From: Dehalococcoidia bacterium | GTDB lineage: Bacteria > Chloroflexota > Dehalococcoidia > Bin125 | Assembly: GCA_963662615.2 (NCBI GenBank) | Contig: CAXXSR010000001.1 | Coordinates: forward strand, 1,792,001-1,856,000 | Direction: 5' to 3' | DNA: 64,000 nucleotides | Part shown: piece by piece, positions 10,041-20,384 of the stretch | Numbering within the stretch: the stretch's first letter is position 1 | Layout: each line of letters begins with the position of its first letter | Made by a program: the position numbers and the translations under genes | Notes under the pieces: model-generated | The model's database searches: none | What the model saw: only the letters and a program-made list of their open reading frames with translations | What the model was told of the DNA's origin: nothing

Positions 10041-10925
10041 ATGCCGGAGCGGCTGCAGGTAGGCAGCGCGACTATCGCCGTCGCGCGGGACGCGGACTAC
10101 CGCCTGGCGGCAGGCGAGTTTCTGCGGGACGCGGAACGGAAGGAGATCGCGCCGGAAGCGTTTCGGCCCTATCTCGGTGACCGCGACCCGGCGGAACCCG
10201 AAGAGTCGCAGGTCGTCACGTTCGTGATCCGGAGCAGGGGCCAGACGATCCTGGTCGACGCCGGGGTCGGGCCGTGGGGCCTGTGGCGATTCGGCCAGGG
10301 ACATCTGCTCGATTCGCTGGCGAGCCTCGACCTCGGGCCGGAGGCGATTGATTACGTGCTGCCCACGCATCTGCACCTCGACCACGTGGGCTGGAACACG
10401 CGCCCCTCGGACGCCGGACCCGTGCCGACGTTTCCGAACGCGCGCTATCTGTTTCAGCAGGCCGACTGGGACCACTTCACGGGCAAGGAGTTCTTGAACG
10501 GGGAGGGGCCGCTGGTGGAGATGGTGCGCCAGGCCGTCCTGCCGCTGGAGCACACGGGCTTGATGGACCTGATCGGCTCGGAGCACACGGTGACGGAAGA
10601 GGTGACGCTGCTGCATACCCCGGGGCACACGCCCGGATCGGTGTCGGTGCTGGTGCAGTCGGGCGGCGAGGCGGCGCTGCTGGTCGGTGATGCCGCGCAT
10701 CATCCCTTGCAACTGACACAGACGGACTGGGCGCCGCTGGTCGACGTCGATGCGTCGCTCTCGGCCCGCTCGCGTCAGGCGATTGTGGAGCAGGCGAAGC
10801 GGCTGGATGCGTACGTGGCCGGGGGGCACTTCCTGGCGGCGGATCCGACCTTCGGCAAGATCATCCAGTTCGAGGGCCGGAACGTCTGGCGAGGGGTGAC
10901 GCTGGGGGACCAGTCGCCGCGCTGA
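10041..10925 (+). CDS. MBL-fold metallo-hydrolase (AiiA/YtnP-like)
   Basis: THLHLDHVG (HxHxDH), TPGHTPG, GDAAH, GGHF; GGAGG RBS before ATG 10041. Confidence 0.92.
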   Translation: MPERLQVGSATIAVARDADYRLAAGEFLRDAERKEIAPEAFRPYLGDRDPAEPEESQVVTFVIRSRGQTILVDAGVGPWGLWRFGQGHLLDSLASLDLGPEAIDYVLPTHLHLDHVGWNTRPSDAGPVPTFPNARYLFQQADWDHFTGKEFLNGEGPLVEMVRQAVLPLEHTGLMDLIGSEHTVTEEVTLLHTPGHTPGSVSVLVQSGGEAALLVGDAAHHPLQLTQTDWAPLVDVDASLSARSRQAIVEQAKRLDAYVAGGHFLAADPTFGKIIQFEGRNVWRGVTLGDQSPR

Positions 10926-11287
10926 GGACAGGACGGTCCGGCATAGAGCCCGTTACGCGGTGCGACACGCGCCACTGACTCAGGATGTCGCGAACAGCGT
11001 CGGACAGACCGGTCCAAGATAGAAATCGATCCTCGTCTTCCGACGCCTTTCCCCGCCCCACCCCCGGCAGACGATCCCGGTGCCGACCCTAGCGTAAGAA
11101 GTGGTACAAAGGCTGGGGCAGGGCAGGGGCGCTCCTGCGGGTGATGCGCAGGACCCTAGGGGGAGGGGAGATGGGAGCGTCGGAGCCAAGCGGCCGAGGC
11201 CGCGCCTCAGAATATCCCTGGGCTTGAACGGGGAACGGGCCCGGAAGAGAGCTTCGGAGTGTTCGCGAGGGAATGGTGAGGTGATGC

Positions 11288-12091
11288 ATGCCTGAACGGC
11301 TGCAGGAGCGGGTTGCGGTGGTGGTCGGCGGGGGCCAGACGCCCGGCGAGACCGTGGGCAACGGCCGGGCCACCGCAATCGTGCTGGCGCGCGCGGGAGC
11401 GACGGTTCTCGTTGCCGATCGCTTTCTCGAATCCGCTCAGGAGACAGTGTCGACGATCGAGGCCGAGGGCGGGAGCGCCTGGGCCTTCGCCGCCGATATC
11501 CGCCAAGAGGCGGACTGTCGCGCCATCACGGAAGCGTGTCTAGAACGTCACGGCCGCATTGACATCCTGCACAACAACGTGGGTGTCAGCGTGGAGTACG
11601 ACGACGCGCCTGCGACCGAATTACCGTCGGAGAACTTCGACGCGATCTGGTCGATCAACCTGCGCGGGATGTGGCTCACCTGCAAATACGCGGTTCCGCC
11701 GATGCGCGAGCAGGGCCGCGGGTCGATCGTGAACATCTCCTCGGTGGCGGCGCGGCTGGCCTTCCCGGGGGTCGCCTACAAGACGACGAAGATCGCCGTG
11801 TTGGGGCTCACGCAGAGCCTGGCGCTGGCCTACGCACCGCACGGCGTCCGTGTGAACGCGATCCTGCCGGGGCTGATGAACACGCCGATGGCGATTGAGA
11901 ATCGTGTCGCGCGGGGCGCCGACCGCGCGGAGCTGATCGCGCAGCGCGATCGTAGCGTGCCCTTGGGCGGCAAAATGGGGACGGGCTGGGACGTGGCTGC
12001 CGCGGCGCTGTTTTTGCACTCCGACGATGCGCGCTTCATCACCGGGGTCTCCCTGCCCGTGGACGGGGGCCAGGAGCTGCGCGGGGGATAG
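11288..12091 (+). CDS. short-chain dehydrogenase/reductase
   Basis: VVGGGQTPGETVGNG, HNNVG, YKTTK (YxxxK), VRVNAILPG, PVDGG. Confidence 0.93.
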   Translation: MPERLQERVAVVVGGGQTPGETVGNGRATAIVLARAGATVLVADRFLESAQETVSTIEAEGGSAWAFAADIRQEADCRAITEACLERHGRIDILHNNVGVSVEYDDAPATELPSENFDAIWSINLRGMWLTCKYAVPPMREQGRGSIVNISSVAARLAFPGVAYKTTKIAVLGLTQSLALAYAPHGVRVNAILPGLMNTPMAIENRVARGADRAELIAQRDRSVPLGGKMGTGWDVAAAALFLHSDDARFITGVSLPVDGGQELRGG

Positions 12092-12311
12092 CCGACGCAG
12101 GAGCGCGAGCACGATCCTGTCCGGTCGCGCGGCAGCGGTAGTTCACGGCCTCTTCCGCGTGGGACTCGGCGTGTGCTTGCAAGAGCGGGGTGAGGTTGCG
12201 AGGGTGCGCGTAGTAGGCGCCCTGCGCCAGCGACGCCTCGCTGGGGAACGATCCGACGATGAGGACGCGCAACGCGGCCGGCAGCATGGGATCAAGGCCG
12301 CGCTTAGGCAA
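12039..12311 (-). pseudogene. truncated uracil-DNA glycosylase superfamily (family 6 / DNA-deoxyinosine glycosylase-like) fragment
   Basis: LRVLIVGSFPSEASLAQGAYYAHPRN matches the N-terminal motif of this family. Similarity ends after about 40 aa and the ORF runs into the convergent SDR. Confidence 0.65.
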
Positions 12312-13494
12312 TGGCCCCCGACTCCCGCAGTGAGGCCAGCTCGGCCTCGGTGAGGTTCAGGTCTGCCTGCAACACCGCATCCGTGTGCTGTCCCAGCAGC
12401 GGGGCGGTCTGCAGCGGCCCCTCGGCGCCCGGCATCCGGATCGGATTCCGCATGAACTCCAACTCGCCCAGGGTGGGGTGCTGCACCGGCTGGATGAAGT
12501 CGCGGGCTTGCAGGTGCGGATCGGTCCAGAGGTCATGGGTGTCGAGCACGGCGCTGCAGGGAACGCCGACCTCGGCGAGGTGCCGCATGGCCTCGTATTT
12601 CGTGCGCCGGCGCGTCCATTGGGAGATCTCGGCATGCAACGCCTCCCGATTCTCCAGGCGGCCTGCGTCCGTGGCGAAGCGGGGGTCGGTGACCAGATCC
12701 GGCCGATCGATGATGGCGCAGAGCGTGTCCCACATCGCCGTCGTCACCGCCATGATGTAGACGTAGTCGTTCGGGCCCAGCGGCTTCGTCGGGTAGAGGT
12801 CGCTGGGGGCGCCCGACCAGCTGTTCGTCCGCGGGGCCGCCTTCGCGCCCCAGTCCGAGTTCAACGCCACCCAGGTGCGCATGAAGTACGTCACCGCTTC
12901 CTGCATGGACAGCTCAATGCACTGCCCCTGGCCCGTGCGCTGCTGCTGCACGTAGGCGGCGGTGATCGCCAGCGCCAGCTGGAGCCCGGCGCCGGAGTCT
13001 CCGATACTGGGACCGGGACGGACGGGCGGACCCCCAGCCTCCCCGGTCACGGAGAACGCCCCCCCGGCGGCCTGCGCCACCATATCGAAGGACTTGTAGC
13101 CGCTGTAGGGCCCCGACAGCCCGAAGCCCTTGATCCGGGCGTAGATGATGCCCGGGTTGATCGCGCGCACCACGTCGTAGCCAATGTCGAGCTTCTCGAT
13201 CACGCCGGGCCCGTAGTTCTCCGCCAGCACGTCGTAGTGCGCCGCCAGCCGCAGCAGCAGCGCGCGCCCGGCCGTGGCCCCGACGTCAATGCAGATCCCG
13301 CGCTTGTTCGCGTTCCAGTTCAGGAAATAGGGCGAGTTGTCGGCCGCGCCGGCCACCGTGCGGGCGGGGTCGCCGCCGTGGGGCCGTTCCACCTTGACCA
13401 CATCGGCGCCCAACCAGGCCAGCATCTGCGTGCCGGCGGGGCCCGCTTCCCACTGCGTCAGATCCAGCACCCGCATCCCATCCAAAGCCGGCAT
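12304..13494 (-). CDS. class III CoA-transferase (CaiB/BaiF, formyl-CoA transferase-like)
   Basis: LDGMRVLDLTQWEAGP, GADVVKVE, NANKRGI, ENYGPG, GDSGAG catalytic Asp, APLLGQHT. Confidence 0.93.
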   Translation of the reverse strand: MPALDGMRVLDLTQWEAGPAGTQMLAWLGADVVKVERPHGGDPARTVAGAADNSPYFLNWNANKRGICIDVGATAGRALLLRLAAHYDVLAENYGPGVIEKLDIGYDVVRAINPGIIYARIKGFGLSGPYSGYKSFDMVAQAAGGAFSVTGEAGGPPVRPGPSIGDSGAGLQLALAITAAYVQQQRTGQGQCIELSMQEAVTYFMRTWVALNSDWGAKAAPRTNSWSGAPSDLYPTKPLGPNDYVYIMAVTTAMWDTLCAIIDRPDLVTDPRFATDAGRLENREALHAEISQWTRRRTKYEAMRHLAEVGVPCSAVLDTHDLWTDPHLQARDFIQPVQHPTLGELEFMRNPIRMPGAEGPLQTAPLLGQHTDAVLQADLNLTEAELASLRESGAIA

Positions 13495-13669
13495 CGTCCC
13501 ACCCACCTGCCCTGCTCCGCTGGCGCCTCGGCCTCATGCTAGCGTGCGCCGTAGTCCCGCGGCCGCTCCGACGCAGCGTCGCTGGAGCCGATAGACGGCT
13601 CGCGGACCGCCGCAGTGAATTCAACGGCGCAAGAGCGCGACCTGCTGCGTTGAACCGCGTGTCAAAAAA

Positions 13670-14713
13670 TCAGATCCCGGTGTTGCTCCCGGGCTCCACC
13701 AGCACTTTCACCTGCGCCGTAGGCCGAGCGAGTGTACGGAACATCGCGGGAGCGGCGTCGAGGTCGATGATGTCGGAGATGAGGTGGTCGGCATCTATGT
13801 CGGCACCGGCGAGCGTATTCAATGCCTCCCGGAACTCTGCGTGGGTGTAACCGAAGACGAAATGCACCTGCACCTCCTTGCGCTGCGCCGTCAGAGGCTT
13901 GAGCTGGTATGGCTCCATGCACACGCCGGTCACAGCGACGCGCCCATCTCGCGCTGCCATGCGCGTAGCCTCCTGTAACGTGGGTGGCGTGCCGACGCAG
14001 TCGAAGACAACCGCGGGCCATTTTCCCTTCGTCAATTCGCGCAGTTGCACGACCGGATCCGTTTCCGTTGGATCGACGGCAGTGTCTGCGCCCAGTGCCA
14101 AGGCCTGCGCGCGCCGACTCGGTAGCGGGTCCGATACGACGAGCGGCTCCGCGCCGCGGATCTTCGCCCAGATCACAGTGAGCAGTCCTATGGGGCCAGC
14201 GCCCATGATGACGCAGGGTTCGCCTGGCTGGAGCCGGACGCGGTTGACGCTGTGCAGCGCCACCGCGAACGGTTCTGTGAGCGCGGCGCGACGGTAGGAG
14301 AGCCCTTCCGGAATACGGAACAGCACGTGCGGGCTGGTTCGCACGTACTCCGCGAAGGCGCCGGGCACGCCAAGATGGCTCAGGCCGATCCCGCGAACGC
14401 GGTCGCAGCGCCAGTCGTAGCCGGCGGCGCACTCCTGGCAGGCGCCGCAGGTGAGGAAAGGCATCGCCACGACGCGGTCACCAGGGGCCCAACCCTCAAC
14501 CCCGGCCGTCAGCTCCGCCACCTCGCCCGAAAATTCATGACCGAGGACGGTTCCCGGCCCTGTATTGAAGACGCCGGGATAGCGAAGCGCATGAAGATCG
14601 GTAGCGCAGATGCCACAGTCCGCTACCTTCACGACGACTTCGCCGGGCTCGGCAGCAAGCTCAACGTCCTGCACGCTCAGCTGGCCAACCCCGCTCACCA
14701 CTAGAGTGCGCAT
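13670..14713 (-). CDS. zinc-dependent alcohol dehydrogenase (MDR family)
   Basis: CGICATD, GHEFSG, CGACQEC...C, GAGPIG. Confidence 0.93.
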   Translation of the reverse strand: MRTLVVSGVGQLSVQDVELAAEPGEVVVKVADCGICATDLHALRYPGVFNTGPGTVLGHEFSGEVAELTAGVEGWAPGDRVVAMPFLTCGACQECAAGYDWRCDRVRGIGLSHLGVPGAFAEYVRTSPHVLFRIPEGLSYRRAALTEPFAVALHSVNRVRLQPGEPCVIMGAGPIGLLTVIWAKIRGAEPLVVSDPLPSRRAQALALGADTAVDPTETDPVVQLRELTKGKWPAVVFDCVGTPPTLQEATRMAARDGRVAVTGVCMEPYQLKPLTAQRKEVQVHFVFGYTHAEFREALNTLAGADIDADHLISDIIDLDAAPAMFRTLARPTAQVKVLVEPGSNTGI

Positions 14714-14902
14714 CGCGGCTCCTTTGCTGCCCTCGACAGCAGCGCCCGGCGAACGAGTGGCGGCGCCTGCAGTATGCGGAAGGCTACCACTGGATCTTGG
14801 TGAACGGCATGATCACGTTTGAGGCCCACTGCTGCGCGGGCGCCACGCCCGGCAAGCTGTTGCGGCGCTGCCTGCCGGCCTAGATGAGGCGCTCCCGCTC
14901 AC

Positions 14903-14936
14903 AGAAAGGGCCCGGCCGAAAGGCCGGGCCCTTTCT
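14903..14936 (-). terminator. intrinsic terminator-like hairpin
   Basis: Perfect 15-bp stem AGAAAGGGCCCGGCC-GAAA-GGCCGGGCCCTTTCT about 75 bp downstream of the SBP gene; could work in both directions. Confidence 0.75.
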
Positions 14937-15010
14937 CTGCAATTCCATTTCGCCCTGTACAAGGGCCGACTGGGCGAGGCGTCTCCTCGCTGCTCGACTC
15001 TGCCAGCCCC

Positions 15011-16231
15011 CTACCCCAGCGGCGGATAGAATTCACACTCGATCGTTCCCACTGTGGTGCAGATATCGAAGCCGTGTTCCACGATATGCCGCTCGTCAAA
15101 CTTGAGCGTACCAAGCACGCCCTCGTATGTAAGGTCCTCCAGTGCCGCGACAATAGCATCGGTATCAGTGACCGTGCCTGCCTCTTCCATGGCTGCGGTC
15201 AGCATAAACACGTAATCGTAAATCAAGAGGGCCACCCCTGCGGCAATCGGCAGGTCCGCGCCCAGGAAAGTCCGGTAGCGGTCAAAGAAACTAGCGGCCG
15301 TGTCGCTCGACGTTACGCCGGCGCAAAGCGGGATGCAGAGCAGCAGGACCGGGACGTCCAGCGCAGGAAATCGCTCTACGTATGTTTCAGGGTCGACAGC
15401 GTGCAAGAGGTAGGTCGGCGCCGCGTCGAGTTCGATCGCTTGCTCTAGAGCGTTGATCTCTTCCGGTGGAGTGTGCCAGAAGTGGATCACATCAGGATTG
15501 GTTGCCTTCGTCGTTGTCAAGAATGGTGCAAAGTCCGTGGTCCCTGACGGGTAGAGGAGAGCATCTGCCTCGCCGACCTGCTTGAAACCCTCGAGCCACG
15601 TTTCAGAGATCGTTTGCCCGATCACGTCGTTGGGGATGTAGAGCACTTGGAATTCGGCGTTCGGCAATAACTCTTTCGTCGCCCGAGCGGTGACGTCCTG
15701 GCGTGTTTTATCGGCCGGGAACGACTTAAAGAGATAATGCAGGTCCCCGCCGGGCCCGGCCGTCTCGTTGGTGAGCATGGTCCCAAAGATCGTCGAACCC
15801 GCCATCATGATGATCTTCTCGGGGTTCGTCAGTTCCTGAATAAGGACCGAAAAGGTATCGACGATGGGACCGAAGATGAACTGCACCTGTTCGTCTCGGA
15901 TCAGCTCTGTCGCCGCGGCTACCCCGGCGGCGGGGTCCGAGCGGTCGTCACTTTCGACCAGCTCAAGGGTGTAGATCGTATCGCCAACCTGGAACCCACC
16001 CGCCTCGTTGATCTCTCGGACGGCCAAGCGGACGCCGTCCGCATGCGGCTCCCCCACGGAAACCAAGTCGCCCGAGAATGACGAAATAGATCCAATCTTG
16101 ACCACGCCCGTCTTCGCCTCGTCGTCGCCGCAGGCCGCCGCCAGCGCCAACGCAAAGACAATGACAACGAGCAGGAATGCGGCTGACCGTCCTTTAAGGT
16201 GTCCGACTCGAAGTTTCAGCATGTCGCTCAT
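15011..16231 (-). CDS. ABC transporter substrate-binding lipoprotein (branched-chain amino acid/LivJ-like)
   Basis: Lipobox LAAAC, VKIGSISSFSG, LAVREINEAGG, DDRSDP, YEGVLGTLKFDE; no permease or ATPase adjacent. Confidence 0.9.
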   Translation of the reverse strand: MSDMLKLRVGHLKGRSAAFLLVVIVFALALAAACGDDEAKTGVVKIGSISSFSGDLVSVGEPHADGVRLAVREINEAGGFQVGDTIYTLELVESDDRSDPAAGVAAATELIRDEQVQFIFGPIVDTFSVLIQELTNPEKIIMMAGSTIFGTMLTNETAGPGGDLHYLFKSFPADKTRQDVTARATKELLPNAEFQVLYIPNDVIGQTISETWLEGFKQVGEADALLYPSGTTDFAPFLTTTKATNPDVIHFWHTPPEEINALEQAIELDAAPTYLLHAVDPETYVERFPALDVPVLLLCIPLCAGVTSSDTAASFFDRYRTFLGADLPIAAGVALLIYDYVFMLTAAMEEAGTVTDTDAIVAALEDLTYEGVLGTLKFDERHIVEHGFDICTTVGTIECEFYPPLG

Positions 16232-16684
16232 TTCCTTCCCTATCCTTCACTTGCACCTTCTTCGTGCATCCTCCCTGCCTCCGGGGAGAATCCCCGCTCA
16301 TGCACGCTGGTGCCTCTGTGACCGCGGGCTGCAAGCACTTTTGTTGCTTCGCGCAACCCCTACTCACGTGGCTGGGGATAACAGAACCGCCGCCACTTGG
16401 CAAGAGCCCCCCCCCGGCCGCGGAGATGGCGCGGGTGAGACACCTGGCTCCGTCCCGATGTTGGCTAGGGGAGTTGGACATTGCGTCCTGGAGACGCGTG
16501 CGAACTCTGAGGAAACCCACGATCCCGTCGGGGCTCACGTGACCCGAAGGAGACCGTGCATATGGCGGACCGACGACTCGAATCGTCGGCGAACCGATTC
16601 TCGGCGGCCGGCATCACCTCAGGAGGACCGTCGCGAGGCGGCGACGGCCTGGACGGTGCACTGCGAGCCCGTCTAGAACGGTTG

Positions 16685-18430
16685 CTAGATCGCCGCTCTT
16701 CCGTGCCTCAGCAGCGCGCCGGGGGTGGCGCCGGTGCATTCGCCGTCCTCAAAGGTGATCTCGCCGTTCACCAAGGTCCAGCGATAGCCGTCGGCTCGCT
16801 GCACGAGCCTCCACTCGCCGGCAGGGACATCGTGAACGATCACGGAATCGTGCTCCGGCACGCATTTCAAGTTGTCGAAGTCGTAGACCACGATGTCCGC
16901 GGCCATGCCCTCGCGGAGATAGCCGCGGTCCTTGAACCCGCCCGCGTGGGCCGGCAGGCTACTCAGGCGATAGTGGGCCTCCTCCAGAGTGAGCTGCTGC
17001 GTCTCCCGCACCAGCCAGGCAATAGTGTCGGTCGTGTACGCGCCGCCAACGAGGAACTTGGTGTGGGCGCCGCCGTCGGAGACCCCCGGCATCGTGTAGG
17101 GCGAATCGCGCAGCAGCTCGCCGACCTTGTCGGGGTCGTTACTCGTCAAGTCAGATTCGGCCTGAAATTCGGCCGTGAGGTCGCTCCCCACGGCGATGTC
17201 CAGGACGACGTCCAGCGCGTCCTTGCCCTCATCCTTCGCGATCTCTTCCACCATGCGTCCCCGATACTTCTCCACTTCCGGGTAGTCGCCAACGGATCGA
17301 ACGGTCCACTTGGCAACCGGCCCGCCCAGCGCCTCGTACAGCAGGAGATGTTCCTCGGCCTTCATCTGCGCGCGCAGCTCCGGGTCCGCAAGCTTCTGCA
17401 TCTTTTCGGCATGCGTGCCCGTGGTCGCCCTTGCCCACGCGGGGCTGGTGTCGAAGAAATTCCAGTCTTCCAGGGTCAGGCGTACCCCCTGACGGTGGGT
17501 GAGGCCTTGACCGAAGAGAGGCAGGCCGCGGGCATTGCAGTCCGCCAGCCAGCGCATTTGATTGCGGTGGAACTCGGGGTTCGTGTCGAGGGCCACGATG
17601 ATGTTGTAGAGAATCGGCCGGCCGCTGACCCGGGCAAGCTCCTCCACGAAACGGTAGTCAGTGTTGCCATCAACGTCTGCGGAAAAGTCTCCGGTTTGTT
17701 GGGTGATCTGGATGAGCCCCTCATCACGCTCGCGCAGGACCTCACCCATTGCCAGCACGTCTTCGTCCGCCATCATGTCCGTGGGCATGGCAGTGCCGTC
17801 GTAGTCCGCCTGCTGTGAATTCTCGCCCAGCCGCTGGATGGACCAGCCGCAGGCGCCCACGTCCATGCCCTCCCCCAGCAGTCGCTGTATTTCGCGGCGC
17901 TCCTCGTCGGTCGCGGGCCTGCTCTTGGCTGCCTCAATGCCCATCACCCAGATCATGAGCGGAGAGAGCGGGACGTAGCTGAGGCAGTTGACGCCTTTGG
18001 GGATGCGCGCCAATGTATCCATCCACTCGGGGAAGGTGACCCAGTCCCAGAGCATCCCCGCCTGCATGGACTTGAGCGGAATCGCCTCGTTGCGCGACAT
18101 CATCAGCATGGCGCGCTCGCGCCCCTCCGGCCGTACCGGCGCGAAGCCGAAGCCGCAGTTCCCCATGGCCACCGAGGTCACCCCATGCCAGCCGGAGAGC
18201 GTGCACCACGGGTCCCACTGGATCTGGGCGTCGTAATGGGTATGGAGGTCCACGAAGCCCGGCGCCACAATCAACCCGCTCGCGTCCAGGACTTTGTCGG
18301 CGTCGCTGGTCCGGATCCCGCCGACCTGGGCAATGCGCCCGTCCTTAATCCCGATGTCGGCGCGGTAGCGGGGCACCCGGAGACCGTCGACCACCGTGCC
18401 GCCCTTGATCAGAATATCAAAGTCAGCCAT
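16685..18430 (-). CDS. N-acyl-D-amino-acid deacylase family amidohydrolase
   Basis: DILIKGGTVVDG, APGFVDLHTHYD, GVTSVAMGNCG, SDGGAH, G.AADIVVYD. Confidence 0.93.
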   Translation of the reverse strand: MADFDILIKGGTVVDGLRVPRYRADIGIKDGRIAQVGGIRTSDADKVLDASGLIVAPGFVDLHTHYDAQIQWDPWCTLSGWHGVTSVAMGNCGFGFAPVRPEGRERAMLMMSRNEAIPLKSMQAGMLWDWVTFPEWMDTLARIPKGVNCLSYVPLSPLMIWVMGIEAAKSRPATDEERREIQRLLGEGMDVGACGWSIQRLGENSQQADYDGTAMPTDMMADEDVLAMGEVLRERDEGLIQITQQTGDFSADVDGNTDYRFVEELARVSGRPILYNIIVALDTNPEFHRNQMRWLADCNARGLPLFGQGLTHRQGVRLTLEDWNFFDTSPAWARATTGTHAEKMQKLADPELRAQMKAEEHLLLYEALGGPVAKWTVRSVGDYPEVEKYRGRMVEEIAKDEGKDALDVVLDIAVGSDLTAEFQAESDLTSNDPDKVGELLRDSPYTMPGVSDGGAHTKFLVGGAYTTDTIAWLVRETQQLTLEEAHYRLSSLPAHAGGFKDRGYLREGMAADIVVYDFDNLKCVPEHDSVIVHDVPAGEWRLVQRADGYRWTLVNGEITFEDGECTGATPGALLRHGRAAI

Positions 18431-18747
18431 TGGCTGTTCCCTTCGCTGCAATGACGTGGCCGGTGCTTAAAAACAGGCGAATGGACTTGCAAATGTCGTC
18501 GCTCAAGTTGATACCGCACGATGCCATGGGCCCTAGCAGCCACTGATAAGGTCACGGGCATCCCTGCAAGAGATATTCGAACGGATGCTGGCCGTTCCGG
18601 CAGGGGTTGTCAACCGCAGCGCCTCATACCGGTCCAGCGCCCGAGGGCTGCACAGGGCGCTGGCCGGTCGCGCGCGGCGAGATCATCGATGAGCGTGCCT
18701 TGCGGGCGGCGCCCGCTCGCCAGAGCCAGCCCGAGTGTCGGCGCCCC

Positions 18748-19941
18748 TCACGACCCCGTGCGCCCCTCCAGGAAGTCCAAGAGCAAGAAGGTCACGGCTG
18801 CGGGCTGTTCTTGCTGGACCCAATGCCCGGCCCCGTCGACCAGATGACAGCCCACCATCTGTGTGCAGGCCGTGCCTTGCATCCGCTCGTAGGCGCCGGG
18901 CCTCTGATAGATGCCCCAGTCGCTCCGGCCCGCAATGAAGCACGACGGCACCTCCACCGAGCGCCCGGCAAAGAGCTGCAGCTCGACGGCGAACGTGTTC
19001 TCCGCCACGGACCAGTCACTTCCTGCGCACCGGTACCACTGCAGCCCACCCTGAAACCCGGTCCGCGCGTACTCCTCGCTGTATACGCGCAGCTCCTCCT
19101 CGGAGAGCCACTGGCACGCGGCGATCTCGACGTCGGCAGGCATCTCCAACGCCACCGTCTCGGGCATGTCCTGATCGAGGTCCATCACGTAGTACGTTGG
19201 CAGCTTGGCCAGCTCGCCGGCGCTCCACGACTCCAGCGGATGCGGCCGGTTCTGTTTCCAGTCGGCGCTCTTGACGTGGAAGTACGCGCGCAGAAACGCG
19301 TGCACGCCTTGGCGGCAATGACGCATGTCGTCGTCCGCGTCCCGCGTTGCGTAATACGCCCGGTAGTGCTTGCGCGGACGCTCCAAGGCCGCCAGGTCAT
19401 CGTGAATGCTTCCGGCGGATGCCGGATCGGGCGGAGGGGCCCCTGGCCCCTGATTGGCGGTCGCGACTTCCAGCGGCGGTGGTCCCCCGAACGGCGCGCT
19501 CATCAACACCACCGAGCGGAAGATGTCCGGACGAATCAGCCCAGCGTACGCGGCCACGGGCGATCCAAAGTCGTGCCCGACCACTGCCGCAACCGAGCGA
19601 TAGCCAAGCGCCGCGACGAGCCCCATCGCATCCCGCACCAGGTTGAGCATGCGAAACGACCCCAGGTCACCATCGTAGTCGCCGTCCCATCCCGTCGTCC
19701 GCCCGTAGCCTCGCTGGTCGGGGGCGACCACGTGGTACCCGGCGTCGGCCAGCGGCCGCATCACCTTGCGCCAGCTGTAGGCAATCTCGGGGAACCCGTG
19801 GAGGAGCAGGACACACGGGCGATCCCCGGCTTCCCATCCCGCCTCGAGCAGGTGCATCGTCAGGCCGTTGTTCCCGGCAATGAACCGCGAGCGGATGCCG
19901 GGCGCCAGGGTGCCCGCGCCGTAGACAGCGGTCTCGTTCAC
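18748..19941 (-). CDS. alpha/beta hydrolase, epoxide hydrolase family
   Basis: LLHGFPE, PDQRGYG, GHDFG nucleophile Asp, GAGHWVQQEQP. Confidence 0.92.
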   Translation of the reverse strand: MNETAVYGAGTLAPGIRSRFIAGNNGLTMHLLEAGWEAGDRPCVLLLHGFPEIAYSWRKVMRPLADAGYHVVAPDQRGYGRTTGWDGDYDGDLGSFRMLNLVRDAMGLVAALGYRSVAAVVGHDFGSPVAAYAGLIRPDIFRSVVLMSAPFGGPPPLEVATANQGPGAPPPDPASAGSIHDDLAALERPRKHYRAYYATRDADDDMRHCRQGVHAFLRAYFHVKSADWKQNRPHPLESWSAGELAKLPTYYVMDLDQDMPETVALEMPADVEIAACQWLSEEELRVYSEEYARTGFQGGLQWYRCAGSDWSVAENTFAVELQLFAGRSVEVPSCFIAGRSDWGIYQRPGAYERMQGTACTQMVGCHLVDGAGHWVQQEQPAAVTFLLLDFLEGRTGS

Positions 19942-20078
19942 ACGTCAACTCCCCTGCATCGCCGTCTAGCGAGTGCGCCTGCCTCAATCTGGGCGCATCA
20001 CGCCTACGACCCTCGGGTGGTCAGGCGCCCACGGGCGGAGTCTAGCGCGCGAGGCGGGGCTTCGACGAGGGGAGGCCC

Positions 20079-20129
20079 GCGCCCCGAGTAGAAGACCTGG
20101 GGACTCAGTTCCCGCAGGCCCTACGTGAG
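20079..20129. repeat. 51-bp imperfect direct repeat, copy A
   Basis: GCGCCCCGAGTAGAAGACCTGGGGACTCAGTTCCCGCAGGCCCTACGTGAG; 43/51 identical to 20661-20711 by manual alignment. Confidence 0.8.
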
Positions 20130-20384
20130 CAGGCGCCGCCACCAGGTCCGCCGGCGAACCGACACTGATGCGTCAAGGAAGACGGGCAGCGTGTGCTCCG
20201 ACGCCCCATGCCGGAACGCCACACTGAGGAACCGGATTCCGTTGCCATCGCGAAGGTAATGGGCGTGTGCCATCGTGAACTGAGTCGTGTCACCGGCGGA
20301 CACGTCCCGAGCGAGGCAAGCCCAGGCACGTTGCCAAGCCTCACTCTCCGCCTCAATTTCGACCGCTTCCTGGATTTCATTCAT
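20121..20384 (-). CDS. hypothetical protein (87 aa)
   Basis: Protein-like composition (MNEIQEAVEIEAESEAWQRAW...). Its final Leu-Thr-stop lies inside repeat copy A. Confidence 0.5.
   Translation of the reverse strand: MNEIQEAVEIEAESEAWQRAWACLARDVSAGDTTQFTMAHAHYLRDGNGIRFLSVAFRHGASEHTLPVFLDASVSVRRRTWWRRLLT

Noticed and set aside
8018-10180. 720-aa plus-strand ORF and similar long antisense ORFs (873-2135, 18607-20091, 29238-30635, 47641-49512, 60716-62188)
   Set aside because: Shadow frames of motif-bearing genes on the opposite strand, expected at high GC; no domain motifs.
11039-11184. tRNA, SRP RNA or 6S RNA
   Set aside because: No T-loop/D-loop or CCA consensus, no SRP conserved loop, and a branched rather than rod-shaped fold; kept only as an unassigned candidate.
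16556-17818. Antisense ORF with a good RBS (GAAGGAG) starting MHMADRRLE
   Set aside because: Almost entirely overlaps the amidohydrolase on the other strand and has no recognisable domain; at most a degenerate gene start.
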